From positions 64,678 through 128,677 of the forward strand of contig CAZJMX010000005.1 in the NCBI GenBank assembly GCA_964547345.1: a DNA stretch of 64,000 bases, read 5' to 3'. Source of the stretch: an uncultured Smithella sp. (lineage in GTDB: Bacteria > Desulfobacterota > Syntrophia > Syntrophales > Smithellaceae). Below, piece after piece: positions 25,834 through 36,221 of this stretch. Below the pieces are notes generated by a model. The model was not told the origin of the DNA. It did no database searches and worked only from the letters and a program-made list of their open reading frames with translations. A program made the translations under genes and the position numbers. The first letter of the stretch is position 1, and each line of letters begins with the position of its first letter.

Positions 25834-26077
25834 TTTTCAAACTCTTTATAATGGATTCATCATCCTGAAAATTTCTTTTAATTAAAACATATATGTTACG
25901 AAAACCGGCTGAAATCCCAATCAACAAAAAAACAACGGTAAATACCTGGCCGGAATCGAACTTCCGATCTAAATAATTTCCTAAAAGGAGGCAACCAAAA
26001 ATTGCCAGCACCATTGCGATTCCGATACTGCTGGCGTAAGCCATCTGGATACTTAATTTTTTAGTTTCACTATCCAT
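25793..26077 (-). CDS. AtpZ/AtpR-type small membrane protein
   Basis: A 2-TM protein (MAYASSIGIAMVLAIFGCLLLGNYLD...) at the head of the atp F0 cluster. Confidence 0.7.
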   Translation of the reverse strand: MDSETKKLSIQMAYASSIGIAMVLAIFGCLLLGNYLDRKFDSGQVFTVVFLLIGISAGFRNIYVLIKRNFQDDESIIKSLKSEPHRQRPAPKKT

Positions 26078-26137
26078 TTAGTGATGCGCTCCTTAACATG
26101 CGGCATAAACAAAGTCAATTAAAAATATGACCGCCGT

Positions 26138-27097
<960 letters not shown>

Positions 27098-27107
27098 TCA
27101 AGTGATG

Positions 27108-28139
27108 TTAACTGATCCGTCCCGAGTTAATGCAGGAAAATCCTGCATCCACCAGTGTTTTTTCTTTTTTGGCCAATTCCAGATCCGCGGCGATCATCAT
27201 GTCGATGAGTTGATCAAATGTGACTTTCGGCTGCCAGCCCAGAGCTTTATTCGCTTTGGAGGCGTCTCCCAGGAGAACGTCAACTTCCGTGGGACGGAAA
27301 TAACGGGGATCGACAGCCACATATTGAGCGTAATCCAGATTCAGTTTGCTGAAAACTTTTTCCGTAAATTCACGGACTGAGTGGGTCTCCCCCGTTGCGA
27401 TGACGTAATCATCCGGTTTTTCTTGCTGCAGCATCAGCCACATGGCCTCCACAAAATCGCCGGCAAATCCCCAGTCTCTTTTGGCTTCCAGATTGCCCAG
27501 ATAAAGTTTATCCCGAAGTCCAACCTTGATTTGTGTGGCGGCGCGGGTTATTTTTCGGGTGACGAATGTTTCGCCGCGGCGAGGCGATTCATGGTTGAAG
27601 AGAATGCCGTTGGTGGCGAAAAGTCCGTAGGCGTCGCGATAATTCTGCACGATATAATAGGCGTATACCTTTGCTGCGGCATAGGGGCTGCGGGGCTGAA
27701 AGATCGTCTTTTCGCTCTGGGGGGGCTCTGCCGCGCCGAACATTTCACTCGAAGAGGCCTGGTAAAATTTTGTTTGTATGCCGGTTTTTCGAATGGCTTC
27801 AAGAATTCTCAGCGTTCCCAGTCCGGTGATGTCGCCCGTGTATTCAGGCATGTCGAAGCTGACGCGCACATGGCTTTGCGCACCCAGATGATAGATTTCA
27901 TCGGGTTTGATGGATGAAAGTAAATCCATGAGCTGTCCGGAGACGCTCAGGTCTCCGTAATGTAGAAACAGTTTTGCATTCGGGTCATGAAAATCGCGGT
28001 AAAGATGATCGATGCGGTCCGTGTTAAACGTGCTGGATCGACGAATCAGACCATGAATCTCATAACCCTTGTTTAATAGAAATTCTGCGAGATAAGATCC
28101 GTCTTGCCCTGTAATGCCAGTGAGAAAAGCTTTTTTCAT
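27108..28139 (-). CDS. gmd: GDP-mannose 4,6-dehydratase
   Basis: [33 protein letters not shown] and [17 protein letters not shown]. Confidence 0.95.
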   Translation of the reverse strand: MKKAFLTGITGQDGSYLAEFLLNKGYEIHGLIRRSSTFNTDRIDHLYRDFHDPNAKLFLHYGDLSVSGQLMDLLSSIKPDEIYHLGAQSHVRVSFDMPEYTGDITGLGTLRILEAIRKTGIQTKFYQASSSEMFGAAEPPQSEKTIFQPRSPYAAAKVYAYYIVQNYRDAYGLFATNGILFNHESPRRGETFVTRKITRAATQIKVGLRDKLYLGNLEAKRDWGFAGDFVEAMWLMLQQEKPDDYVIATGETHSVREFTEKVFSKLNLDYAQYVAVDPRYFRPTEVDVLLGDASKANKALGWQPKVTFDQLIDMMIAADLELAKKEKTLVDAGFSCINSGRIS

Positions 28140-28156
28140 GGTATTTCCTTCTGCGT

Positions 28157-29476
28157 TTAGAGACGCCAGTAAGTGATGCCCAGCGACTGTGCCTGTTCGG
28201 GGCTAAAGACCGCTTTGATATCAAGCAGAATCGAACGACCTTTGCGGCACAGAGATGAAACTTTTTCAATACCCATGTCCTGATATTCGCGATGGGCCAC
28301 GGCCAGAATCACGGCATCCACGTCTTTCATTTCTTTTAAAGATACCAGTTCAATGCCGCAATGATCGCGAGCCTCTTCGGGAATCGCCAGCGGATCATTT
28401 GCCAAAACGGTCACGCCGTAATCCTGCAGTTCATTGATGATATCAACGACACGAGTGTTTCGCAAATCGGGAACATTTTCCTTGAAGGATAGCCCCAGAA
28501 CCGCCACACGCGACTTTTTTACCTGGATATCTGCGCTAATCAGCATCTTGATGACGCGTTCCGCGACATACTTGCCCATATTGTCATTGATCCGTCGTCC
28601 CGAGAGAATGACTTCCGGGCGATAGCCGATGCTTTCCGCCTTATAGGTCAGATAATAGGGATCAACACCAATGCAGTGACCACCGACTAGGCCTGGCCGG
28701 AAATTGAGAAAATTCCATTTGGTGCCGGCCGCTTCTAGGACTTCCAGTGTGTCGATGCCCATCTTGTTGAAGATGATGGCCAGTTCATTCATGAGAGCGA
28801 TGTTGATGTCGCGTTGCGTGTTTTCAATGACTTTGGCGGCTTCCGCGACTTTAATGGACGAGGCACGGTGCAGGCCAACCTTGACCACCGCGCTGTAGAT
28901 CCCTTCGAGAAGATCCAGGGTGTCCGAATCGGAAGCGGAAATAATCTTTACGGTGTTGTCCACGGTGTGAACCTTATCGCCGGGATTGATACGTTCAGGC
29001 GAATAGCCTACGGTAAAGTCCCTGCCGAATTTCAACTTGGATTCCCGTTCCAGGACGGGTACGCAGATGTCTTCCGTTACACCGGGATAAACCGTGGATT
29101 CATAGACAACACAGGAACCAGCGGACATGTGCTTGCCGATAATTGCCGAGGCGTTTTCCATTGCGCCGAGATCGGGAACATGAAAATGATCCACCGGCGT
29201 GGGAACGGCGACGATGAACAGTTTGCAGGATGCCAGATCCGCGGGTTTGGACGTAAAATGAATTTTTGTCTTTTTCAATTCTCCGTCGGCGACTTCCATC
29301 GTCCGGTCATGTCCCTTTTTCAGTTCGGCGACGTTGGCTTCGCTGACGTCGTAACCGACCACGGTAAAATGACGCGACAAATGTACGGCCAGCGGCAGGC
29401 CAACATACCCCAGGCCGACAATGGCAATTTTATTTTTCCCCGCATAAAACGATTGAGCCGTCAGAGTCCTTTTCAT
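28157..29476 (-). CDS. Nucleotide-sugar dehydrogenase (TviB/WbpO-like UDP-N-acetylhexosamine 6-dehydrogenase family)
   Basis: [14 protein letters not shown], catalytic GGHCIG and the C-terminal UDP-binding domain. Confidence 0.85.
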   Translation of the reverse strand: MKRTLTAQSFYAGKNKIAIVGLGYVGLPLAVHLSRHFTVVGYDVSEANVAELKKGHDRTMEVADGELKKTKIHFTSKPADLASCKLFIVAVPTPVDHFHVPDLGAMENASAIIGKHMSAGSCVVYESTVYPGVTEDICVPVLERESKLKFGRDFTVGYSPERINPGDKVHTVDNTVKIISASDSDTLDLLEGIYSAVVKVGLHRASSIKVAEAAKVIENTQRDINIALMNELAIIFNKMGIDTLEVLEAAGTKWNFLNFRPGLVGGHCIGVDPYYLTYKAESIGYRPEVILSGRRINDNMGKYVAERVIKMLISADIQVKKSRVAVLGLSFKENVPDLRNTRVVDIINELQDYGVTVLANDPLAIPEEARDHCGIELVSLKEMKDVDAVILAVAHREYQDMGIEKVSSLCRKGRSILLDIKAVFSPEQAQSLGITYWRL

Positions 29477-29556
29477 GATGATATCCTCAACTGCTGTATT
29501 TTAGGTAAATAGGCGAGAACTATTACCGCATTGGTTTATGCTTGTCAATGAGCCGG

Positions 29557-30840
29557 TCACAGATTTTTCAACGTTTTTGCAAGAGTCGACAGGGTTTTGT
29601 CCATATCGGCAGACGTGTGTGCAAAGGATAAGAATCCCGCTTCAAACTGCGAGGGCGCGAGCCAAATGCCGTTTTCGATCATCCCATGAAAAAAACGAGC
29701 GTAGAGGCGGGTATCCGATTTCATGGCAGTATTGAGATCGTCAACAGGTCCTTCTTGAAAAAAAACAGTGAACATGGAAGAGAACTTATTGATGCAAACG
29801 GCGATGCCATTGTGCTGAAACAATTTATTCATTTCCCGGCAAAGGTCACTGGCCTGGTTTGTCAAAGTGGCGAACTCATCTTCTTTAGTTTTAAGAATAT
29901 TGAGTGTCGCGGCGCCGGCGCTCATAGCCAGAGGATTTCCGGAAAGCGTACCTGCCTGATAGATATCGCCTGCGGGCGCGAGTTTTTGCATGATTTCTTT
30001 TTTCCCGCCCAAGGCGCCCACCGGCAGACCGCCGCCGATGATTTTTCCCAGGCAGGTCAGATCGGGCGTCATGCCGATGAGGTTTTGATAACCGCCAAAA
30101 CCAAAGCGAAACCCGGTGATGACTTCGTCAAAGATCAGCACAATGCCGTATGCGGTCGTCAACTCCCTCAATTTTTTTAAAAAGCCTTCCTTCGGCGTTA
30201 CAACGCCCATGTTGCCTGCGACCGGTTCGATAATAACGGCTGCCACTTGAGAAGCGTAGCGCTCTATTGCGCTTTCTAGGGCGTCAACATCATTGTAGGG
30301 GAGACTCAGTGTGAGCCTGGCCAATTCTTCCGGGATTCCCGGAGAGCCGGGGATGCCGAGGGTTGCGACGCCTGAGCCGGCTTTAATAAGCAGCGAGTCG
30401 GCGTGGCCATGATAGCAGCCGTCGAATTTAATAATCATGTTTCTGCCGGTGTAACCGCGGGCCAGGCGAATGGCTGTCATGGTGGCTTCCGTTCCGGAGC
30501 TGGTCATCCGCACCCGTTCGATGGATGGAATGGCTTCACAGATGAGGCGGGCCATCTGTGTTTCGGCAACGGTTGGCGCGCCGAAACTGGTTCCCTGAGC
30601 GGCTGCTCGGCAGATCGCAGAGGTGACATCCGGTTGCGCATGACCCAAGATCATGGGACCCCAGGACAAAACATAGTCAATATATTCTTTGCCCGCTGTA
30701 TCGTAAATCTTGCTGCCTTTTGCCCGATCTATAAAAACAGGATCGCCGCCCACGGATTTCCAGGCGCGCACGGGTGAATTGACGCCGCCTGCGATGACCT
30801 GACTGGCTTCCATAAATACATCTGAATGTTTTGAAGTCAT
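29557..30840 (-). CDS. hemL: Glutamate-1-semialdehyde 2,1-aminomutase
   Basis: GGVNSPVRA, FDEVITGFR and the PLP lysine context LGKIIGGG. Confidence 0.95.
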   Translation of the reverse strand: MTSKHSDVFMEASQVIAGGVNSPVRAWKSVGGDPVFIDRAKGSKIYDTAGKEYIDYVLSWGPMILGHAQPDVTSAICRAAAQGTSFGAPTVAETQMARLICEAIPSIERVRMTSSGTEATMTAIRLARGYTGRNMIIKFDGCYHGHADSLLIKAGSGVATLGIPGSPGIPEELARLTLSLPYNDVDALESAIERYASQVAAVIIEPVAGNMGVVTPKEGFLKKLRELTTAYGIVLIFDEVITGFRFGFGGYQNLIGMTPDLTCLGKIIGGGLPVGALGGKKEIMQKLAPAGDIYQAGTLSGNPLAMSAGAATLNILKTKEDEFATLTNQASDLCREMNKLFQHNGIAVCINKFSSMFTVFFQEGPVDDLNTAMKSDTRLYARFFHGMIENGIWLAPSQFEAGFLSFAHTSADMDKTLSTLAKTLKNL

Positions 30841-31307
30841 TAAAAGTACTCCGGAGATGTTTTTTTATATTCCTGCAAGCTTTCAAGAATCAAAAAGTCG
30901 TTGCATTGCACGGTTTGGGACATCTGGTGAATCAGGGATTCAATTGTCTCGCTCTGGGCATGTAGCATGGTAAATAGGTTATATTTATTTTGAAAAGCAG
31001 GTTCTCTTTGGTAGCAATGAGAGATGTAAGGCAAGGCGGCAAAGAGGCCGCCCGCATTTTCGACAGCACCGGCAGGCAGTGCCCACATCACGAGGGCGTT
31101 CTTGTGATATCCGGCTTTTTGATGCCGCAGTACGGCGCCGAATTTTCTCAAGATGCCCTTTCGGGAAAGGCTTTTGAGCCAGCTCATCAACTGATCGTCT
31201 GCAAGACCACAGGCGTCTGCAATGTCGGTAAATGGTTTACCGGTCAGCGGGATGTCGGATTGAAGGATTCGCGCCGCTCTTTCTTCTTGGTTGGTGAATT
31301 TTTCCAT
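30840..31307 (-). CDS. Siroheme decarboxylase subunit (AhbA/AhbB, NirD/L-like Lrp/AsnC fold), alternative heme pathway
   Basis: ILQSDIPLTGKPF..IA...G......W.......GILRKFGAVLRHQKAGY..NALVMW is the Ahb/NirDLGH signature. It is translationally coupled to hemL. Confidence 0.75.
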   Translation of the reverse strand: MEKFTNQEERAARILQSDIPLTGKPFTDIADACGLADDQLMSWLKSLSRKGILRKFGAVLRHQKAGYHKNALVMWALPAGAVENAGGLFAALPYISHCYQREPAFQNKYNLFTMLHAQSETIESLIHQMSQTVQCNDFLILESLQEYKKTSPEYF

Positions 31308-31380
31308 GGCAAATGTTTTTATCCTTCTTGTGTCATAAAATCAAGCCAAGCGTTTATGTAAATATTTTTTCAAATATTTC

Positions 31381-31409
31381 TTGACAATCGGTTTGTTGAC
31401 CGCTAGAAA
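31381..31409 (+). promoter_or_regulatory. Candidate sigma-70 promoter for atpE (TTGACA, 17-nt spacer, TAGAAA)
   Basis: Motif match only. The same TTGAC-N16/17-TAGAAA layout occurs at 38964-38991. Confidence 0.35.
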
Positions 31410-31521
31410 TAGAGTCAAATGACCGGCAGTCGTTAAATTTCGGGGAATGGAGGTCGAAAAAATAAAACACTTGGCGATTCCGGAAATGAAATGAGTCATA
31501 ATAAAAAACAGGAGGCTTTAA

Positions 31522-31893
31522 ATGAAAAAGAGTTTAGTTTATTCCGTGTTGGCGATGGTATTGGTGATTGTTTCCGCTCCCTTTGTTCTGGCGGCTCCGG
31601 AAGCAGCTGCGGCTCCCGCAGGTGTGGTTGATTATACAAAAGCAATCATCGTCGGTTGTTCTTTGCTCGCGGCAGGCATTGCCATTGCTTTCGGAACCAT
31701 CGGAACCGGTAACGGTATGGGTCAGGGCTTGAACGGCGCAACAAACGCTGTTGGTAGAAATCCTGAAGCTCAAGGCAAAATTCTTCTTACCATGATGGTT
31801 GGTCTGGCCATGATTGAATCTCTGGCGATCTACGCGCTGGTTATTGCGCTGATCGTGCTTTACGCCAATCCGCTACTTAAGTATATTGGCTAA
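31522..31893 (+). CDS. atpE: F0F1 ATP synthase subunit c with a roughly 35-40 aa signal-peptide-like N-terminal extension
   Basis: GTGNGMGQG...RNPEAQGKILLTMMVGLAMIESLAIYALVIALIVLYANP is the c-subunit hairpin. A strong AGGAGG RBS precedes ATG 31522, and the N-terminus is MKKSLVYSVLAMVLVIVSAPFVLAAPEAAAAP. Confidence 0.9.
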   Translation: MKKSLVYSVLAMVLVIVSAPFVLAAPEAAAAPAGVVDYTKAIIVGCSLLAAGIAIAFGTIGTGNGMGQGLNGATNAVGRNPEAQGKILLTMMVGLAMIESLAIYALVIALIVLYANPLLKYIG

Positions 31894-31906
31894 AATTTTA
31901 TTGATA

Positions 31907-31944
31907 TTATAAACAGGGAGGGGGAGCGTACATCGACTTTCTCT
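31907..31944 (+). terminator. Rho-independent terminator after atpE
   Basis: gggagggggag / ctttctctccc stem (with G-U pairs) followed by TTTTTT. Confidence 0.7.
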
Positions 31945-32042
31945 CCCTTTTTTGTGAAACTTCAATTCCGGAAGCGAAGCGCATTGGAATTGGTTAGTTG
32001 AACAATCCCGCCGCCGCGGGATTCATGCCGGCTGAATCGACC

Positions 32043-32450
32043 CTATCCATCTACGTCAACTTTTACCCGAAGACCTTTCGTTTCCGAACGCTTGTGCTTT
32101 CCCTCAAGCATCTTTTCTTTAGCTCGGGCGCTGCGTTTTCTTTTCTGACGCCGGATTTTTTCAATCTTTTCTTTTTCGGCGGCGACAAATCCCGTTTGCT
32201 GCTGTTCAATTTTATCCAGAAGCAGACGACGCGCCAGATGACGATTCAGGGTTTGTGATCTTTCCTTTTGGCATTTTACGGAAAGACCGGTGGGGATGTG
32301 GACGAGATGAACACAAGAAGAAGTTTTATTGACTTTTTGACCGCCGGGGCCGGAAGAACGGACGAAGGATTCCTCGAAATCGTTTTCGGAAACACCAAGC
32401 TCCTGCATTCTGGAAGCCAGCGCTCTTTCTTTTTCAGCGGATACCGGCAT
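32043..32450 (-). CDS. Class I release-factor-domain protein, ArfB-like (GGQ peptidyl-tRNA hydrolase with a basic C-terminal tail)
   Basis: SSGPGGQKVNKTSS and a Lys/Arg-rich tail RRQKRKRSARAKEKMLEGKHKRSETK. Confidence 0.75.
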   Translation of the reverse strand: MPVSAEKERALASRMQELGVSENDFEESFVRSSGPGGQKVNKTSSCVHLVHIPTGLSVKCQKERSQTLNRHLARRLLLDKIEQQQTGFVAAEKEKIEKIRRQKRKRSARAKEKMLEGKHKRSETKGLRVKVDVDG

Positions 32451-32470
32451 GGATGGCGCCTAAAAAAATA

Positions 32471-32902
32471 TCAAGGGATGGAATAAATCTCGTCGCCGAT
32501 CAGATGAATCCAGTTTTCCGTGAGGATTTCTCTGGCTTCTTCCAGCTTATCGACGCCCAAAATGACGATGGTTTCTTTACCGATCCGGTCAATGGTCGTA
32601 TAAAGATAAAGAATGTTGATGTCCGCTTTGGCCAGCGGTTTCATGATGGCGTTGATGCCGCCGGCATGCAGGGGCACTTCTGCGGCAAGCACCGTCGTGA
32701 CTTCAAAATTAAAGTTAAAACTGTTCAGAAGCGCAGTTGCACGATCGGGATCATTGACGACCAGGCGCACCCGGCTGTCATGTTCGATGCTGGCGGCCGA
32801 TACGGCTTTCGTGCTGATGTCTTCCAGGTCCAGAATATGCGTGAGTTGGGCGAAGGAACCGGGAACGTTGCCTAATAAAACGGAAATTTGTTTAACTGCC
32901 AT
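32471..32902 (-). CDS. Tandem ACT-domain protein
   Basis: Two ACT-like beta-alpha-beta-beta-alpha-beta units (ISVLLGNVPGSFAQLTHIL... and VLAAEVPLHAGGINAIMKPLA...). Confidence 0.75.
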   Translation of the reverse strand: MAVKQISVLLGNVPGSFAQLTHILDLEDISTKAVSAASIEHDSRVRLVVNDPDRATALLNSFNFNFEVTTVLAAEVPLHAGGINAIMKPLAKADINILYLYTTIDRIGKETIVILGVDKLEEAREILTENWIHLIGDEIYSIP

Positions 32903-32911
32903 AAAATATCC

Positions 32912-33454
32912 TTAGTCGTTTTGAGCGTAGTCAAATCCGGCGGAAAATGCCTTGCGGTTGATTTCCGCGAGGGACTTTTTCTTGCTGCCCATAATTGTTT
33001 CCAGGCTTTTGAGATAGATTTCCGGAGAAATGACATTCGATTTTTTAATGAAAGCCCCCATCATGATGACGTTGGCGACACGGTTGTTGCCCAGCTCATG
33101 AGCGATATCGGCACAGGGAACGCATACAGTTTCAATATCCTGGCGGTTGGGACGCGCATCAATGATTGATGAATTGATGAAGATGGTTCCGCCGGATGTT
33201 ACTTTATTTTGAAATGAAAAAAGAGAAGGGGCATTCATGACCACGAGATAATCCGGTTCCGATGCGACCGGAGACGCAATTTCCTCATCTCCCAGAGCGA
33301 CGGTGCAGTTGGCCGTGCCGCCTCTCATTTCCGCTCCGTAAGCGGGAAGATAGGTTACGTGGTAGCCCTTGTTCATCGCGCTTTGGGCCAGACTGATGCC
33401 CATCATTAAAACACCCTGTCCGCCAAAGCCGGAAAAAATCACCTTAACGATCAT
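32912..33454 (-). CDS. 2-oxoacid:ferredoxin oxidoreductase, gamma subunit
   Basis: FSGFGGQGVLMMG...YGAEMRGG. Confidence 0.88.
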   Translation of the reverse strand: MIVKVIFSGFGGQGVLMMGISLAQSAMNKGYHVTYLPAYGAEMRGGTANCTVALGDEEIASPVASEPDYLVVMNAPSLFSFQNKVTSGGTIFINSSIIDARPNRQDIETVCVPCADIAHELGNNRVANVIMMGAFIKKSNVISPEIYLKSLETIMGSKKKSLAEINRKAFSAGFDYAQND

Positions 33455-34242
33455 GACTGGCCCTCCGCTTCTTTCTTCATCGCGGTGATATTGTCTTTAT
33501 AGACGCCGGGCGGAAATTCTTTACTCAGGACGTCGTCGATCCATTTGCAGGAGTCAATGGAGGACATCTTCCAGTTGGTCGGGCATAAGGAGAGAATCTC
33601 CACCATGGAGAAGCCTAGTCCGTCCACCTGGCATTGAAATGCTTTCTTAATGGCTTTTTTGGTCTTATTCACACCCGCCGGAGAGCTCACTGAGCATCTT
33701 TCCACATAAGTGGAGCCACCCAGCTGAGAGAAGATTTCACTGACCTTTATGGGGTAACCATCCACCGCTTGTTTACGACCAGTCGGACTGGTCGTTGTTC
33801 TCTGATTCAGCAGGGTGGTCGGAGCCATTTGCCCACCGGTCATCCCATATACGGCGTTGTTGATGAAGATGACGGTGATGTTTTCACCGCGGTTGGCGGC
33901 ATGGAGGCTCTCAGCAATGCCGATGGCAGCGAGATCTCCGTCGCCCTGATAGGAAAAGACGACCCGGTCGGGCAGCGAGCGTTTGATGGCCGACGCCATA
34001 GCCGGCCCGCGTCCGTGCGGTGCTTCGATCATGTCCACATCAAAATAATTATAGGCCAAAACGGCGCATCCCGCCGGAGGAACACCAATGGTGATGCCTC
34101 GAATGCCCATCTCATCGATGACTTCGCACGCGATACGGTGAACAATGCTGTGACCGCACCCCGGGCAATAATGATAAATATTGTGTTTTAAACTCTGGGG
34201 ATGTTGAAAAACTATTTTTGCCATGTCTGTCTGATCCTTCAA
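33451..34242 (-). CDS. 2-oxoacid:ferredoxin oxidoreductase, beta (TPP-binding) subunit
   Basis: YCPGCGH, GDGDLAAIG and NNAVYGMTGGQ. Confidence 0.9.
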   Translation of the reverse strand: MKDQTDMAKIVFQHPQSLKHNIYHYCPGCGHSIVHRIACEVIDEMGIRGITIGVPPAGCAVLAYNYFDVDMIEAPHGRGPAMASAIKRSLPDRVVFSYQGDGDLAAIGIAESLHAANRGENITVIFINNAVYGMTGGQMAPTTLLNQRTTTSPTGRKQAVDGYPIKVSEIFSQLGGSTYVERCSVSSPAGVNKTKKAIKKAFQCQVDGLGFSMVEILSLCPTNWKMSSIDSCKWIDDVLSKEFPPGVYKDNITAMKKEAEGQS

Positions 34243-34254
34243 TATGGTCGGCTA

Positions 34255-35313
34255 TCAATCTTTTTTAGTGTAAATCTTGGCGACGACGTTGGCGAGCTCC
34301 GCAGGAGTCGGAACAGCGCCTCCCGGACGTCCGTGAAAATCGATGTTGGCATAGCCTTGAAGAGCTAGGCGGACGTCTTCCAGCATTTGGCCGGTGCTCA
34401 TTTCGAAAACAAGATAATTCTTGATTTTTGAGGACATCGCCCGCAATTTCAGTTCCGGGAACGGCCAGAGCGTGATTGGACGGAAAAGACCGACTTTCAT
34501 TCCGTGGTCGCGTAACCTTTTAATAGCGCCCTTAGCGATTCTCGCTGCTGTTCCATAGGCCACAATGACCAGATCGGCGTCTTCGGTCAGATGTTCTTCA
34601 TGAAGCGTTTCGTTCTTGATGATGACTTCATATTTGCGTGCCAGTTTCCAGTTGTGCTCCTCGCTGTCGACGGGATCCAGAAGCAGGCCACGGATGAATT
34701 TGCTTTTGCCTGTGCCAGCGCCGCGCAACATGAATTTTTCCGGATATTGACGGGGGGTAGGTTGCTTGAAAACGACCGGTTCCATCATTTGTCCCATCAT
34801 ACCGTCGGCCAGAATCATCACCGGCGTGCGATACTTATCGGCCAGATCGAAGGCATCCATGGTTAAATCCGCCAGTTCCTGGCAGGTGGCCGGCGCGATG
34901 ACAATGGTGCGGTAGTCGCCGTGGCCGCCGCCACGGGTGGCTTGAAAATAGTCGCCTTGTGCTGGGCGGATGTTGCCTAAACCGGGACCGCCGCGCATAA
35001 TATTGACGATAATACCGGGAAGCTCACAGGCGGCCATCGATGAAATGCCTTCTTGCTTCAAGGACATTCCTGGGCTGGACGACGATGTCATGACGCGCGC
35101 ACCGGTGGCGCTCGCGCCTGCGATCATATTGATGGCGGCCACTTCGCTTTCCGACTGAATGAACACACCGCTTTCGGCGTTGCGCATGTGTTCGGCCATG
35201 TATTCCGTGATCTCATTTTGAGGTGTGATCGGATAGCCCGCGTAAAAACGGCAACCGGCGCGGATGGCCGCTTCTCCTATAATGTGATTTCCTGACATTA
35301 ATACTTTATTCAC
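34255..35313 (-). CDS. 2-oxoacid:ferredoxin oxidoreductase, alpha subunit
   Basis: GNHIIGEAAIRAGCRFYAGYPITPQNEI. The size (352 aa) fits four-subunit KOR/VOR-type enzymes. Substrate specificity is not assignable by eye. Confidence 0.9.
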   Translation of the reverse strand: MNKVLMSGNHIIGEAAIRAGCRFYAGYPITPQNEITEYMAEHMRNAESGVFIQSESEVAAINMIAGASATGARVMTSSSSPGMSLKQEGISSMAACELPGIIVNIMRGGPGLGNIRPAQGDYFQATRGGGHGDYRTIVIAPATCQELADLTMDAFDLADKYRTPVMILADGMMGQMMEPVVFKQPTPRQYPEKFMLRGAGTGKSKFIRGLLLDPVDSEEHNWKLARKYEVIIKNETLHEEHLTEDADLVIVAYGTAARIAKGAIKRLRDHGMKVGLFRPITLWPFPELKLRAMSSKIKNYLVFEMSTGQMLEDVRLALQGYANIDFHGRPGGAVPTPAELANVVAKIYTKKD

Positions 35314-35515
35314 GGTATACCTCGATGGCTACGTCCGGACACATCGTCGCACAGATTGCACAGCCGTTGCATTCTTTTTCATCATTGGTGCAGACGGGAC
35401 GGTATCCCTGGGCGTTAAATTCCTTGGACGTCATAATATGGCCTTTGGGGCAGAAATGAATGCAGAGATGGCACTCTTTGCAAAGCTCCTTTTTTATCTT
35501 AATATGTCCTTTCAA
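35306..35515 (-). CDS. 2-oxoacid:ferredoxin oxidoreductase, delta subunit (2x[4Fe-4S] ferredoxin)
   Basis: CKECHLCIHFCP and CNGCAICATMCP. The ORF is open to 35596, but a GGGGA RBS plus TTG at 35515 gives the usual size of about 69 aa. Confidence 0.75.
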   Translation of the reverse strand: MKGHIKIKKELCKECHLCIHFCPKGHIMTSKEFNAQGYRPVCTNDEKECNGCAICATMCPDVAIEVYRE

Positions 35516-35635
35516 AATATATCCCCAATCAGTTTTTGCCTGTGATTTAATCACTTTTGGCGGAAGGTATCTTGCGCATAATACATAGAATGTCAAGTAT
35601 TTTTAGATGAGCAACTCCAGGGGAAGGAAAACAGG

Positions 35636-36136
35636 CTAGATTTTACTGATCTGAAATCCTTCCAGTTTGATGGCCACTGAGCGCTGTAATAATTCGATGG
35701 AAATAACGAACAGTTCTTTTTCCGGATCACTTTTGACGACGGTTCCTTCGATGCCGGCAAAGGGGCCGTCAATGATCTTGGCGGCCTCGCCCGCTTTCGG
35801 GTACTGCAATGTGAAGATTTCCACTTTCTTATCCAGCAGGCGCTGAATGGCCTGTATTTTCGCATCCGGCACCGACAGAGGTTCCGCATTTTCTTTTTTC
35901 CCCAGAATGCGCACAACGCCGCACGTTTTGAGAATGGCCAGTTTAACCTCGTTATCCAGCGCGGCTTCAACAAAAATATAACCGGGGAAGAGAGGAACAA
36001 ATATTTTCTTTTTCCGGTCTTTTCGCTTGCTCCAGACCTCTATCTCCGGTAAAAACGATGTCAGTTGCTTCTGGGTCAAACCGGTGTGGGCTTTATATTC
36101 GTGACGGCTTTTTGTATGGACGGCATACCACGGCAT
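35636..36136 (-). CDS. NusG-family paralog (RfaH/UpxY-like NGN + KOW transcription antiterminator)
   Basis: WYAVHTKSRHE...PLFPGYIFVE is the NGN domain. The KOW is GEAAKIIDGPFAGIEGTVV. Confidence 0.8.
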   Translation of the reverse strand: MPWYAVHTKSRHEYKAHTGLTQKQLTSFLPEIEVWSKRKDRKKKIFVPLFPGYIFVEAALDNEVKLAILKTCGVVRILGKKENAEPLSVPDAKIQAIQRLLDKKVEIFTLQYPKAGEAAKIIDGPFAGIEGTVVKSDPEKELFVISIELLQRSVAIKLEGFQISKI

Positions 36137-36221
36137 GGCAAATCCTTTTATCGATGACGATTATATGCGAAATTTTGCCCATCACCTATAGTAAGTGTCT
36201 ATTTTTTGCAATGGAGAAATC

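Noticed and set aside
31522-31893. Possible Na+-coupled c-ring, because the c subunit has Gln (GMGQG), Glu-Ser (IESLAIY) and Tyr at the positions used for Na+ binding in Ilyobacter tartaricus.
   Set aside because: The Thr following Glu-Ser in Na+ binders (AESTGIY) is Leu here. The same ESL.IY pattern occurs in proton-coupled rings such as the Spirulina c15 ring, as I recall. Ion specificity cannot be inferred from this.
32001-32022. Hairpin AATCCCG-ccgc-CGGGATT just downstream of the ArfB-like gene as its terminator.
   Set aside because: No U-tract follows on the minus strand. It may be a stabilising stem-loop but cannot be called an intrinsic terminator.
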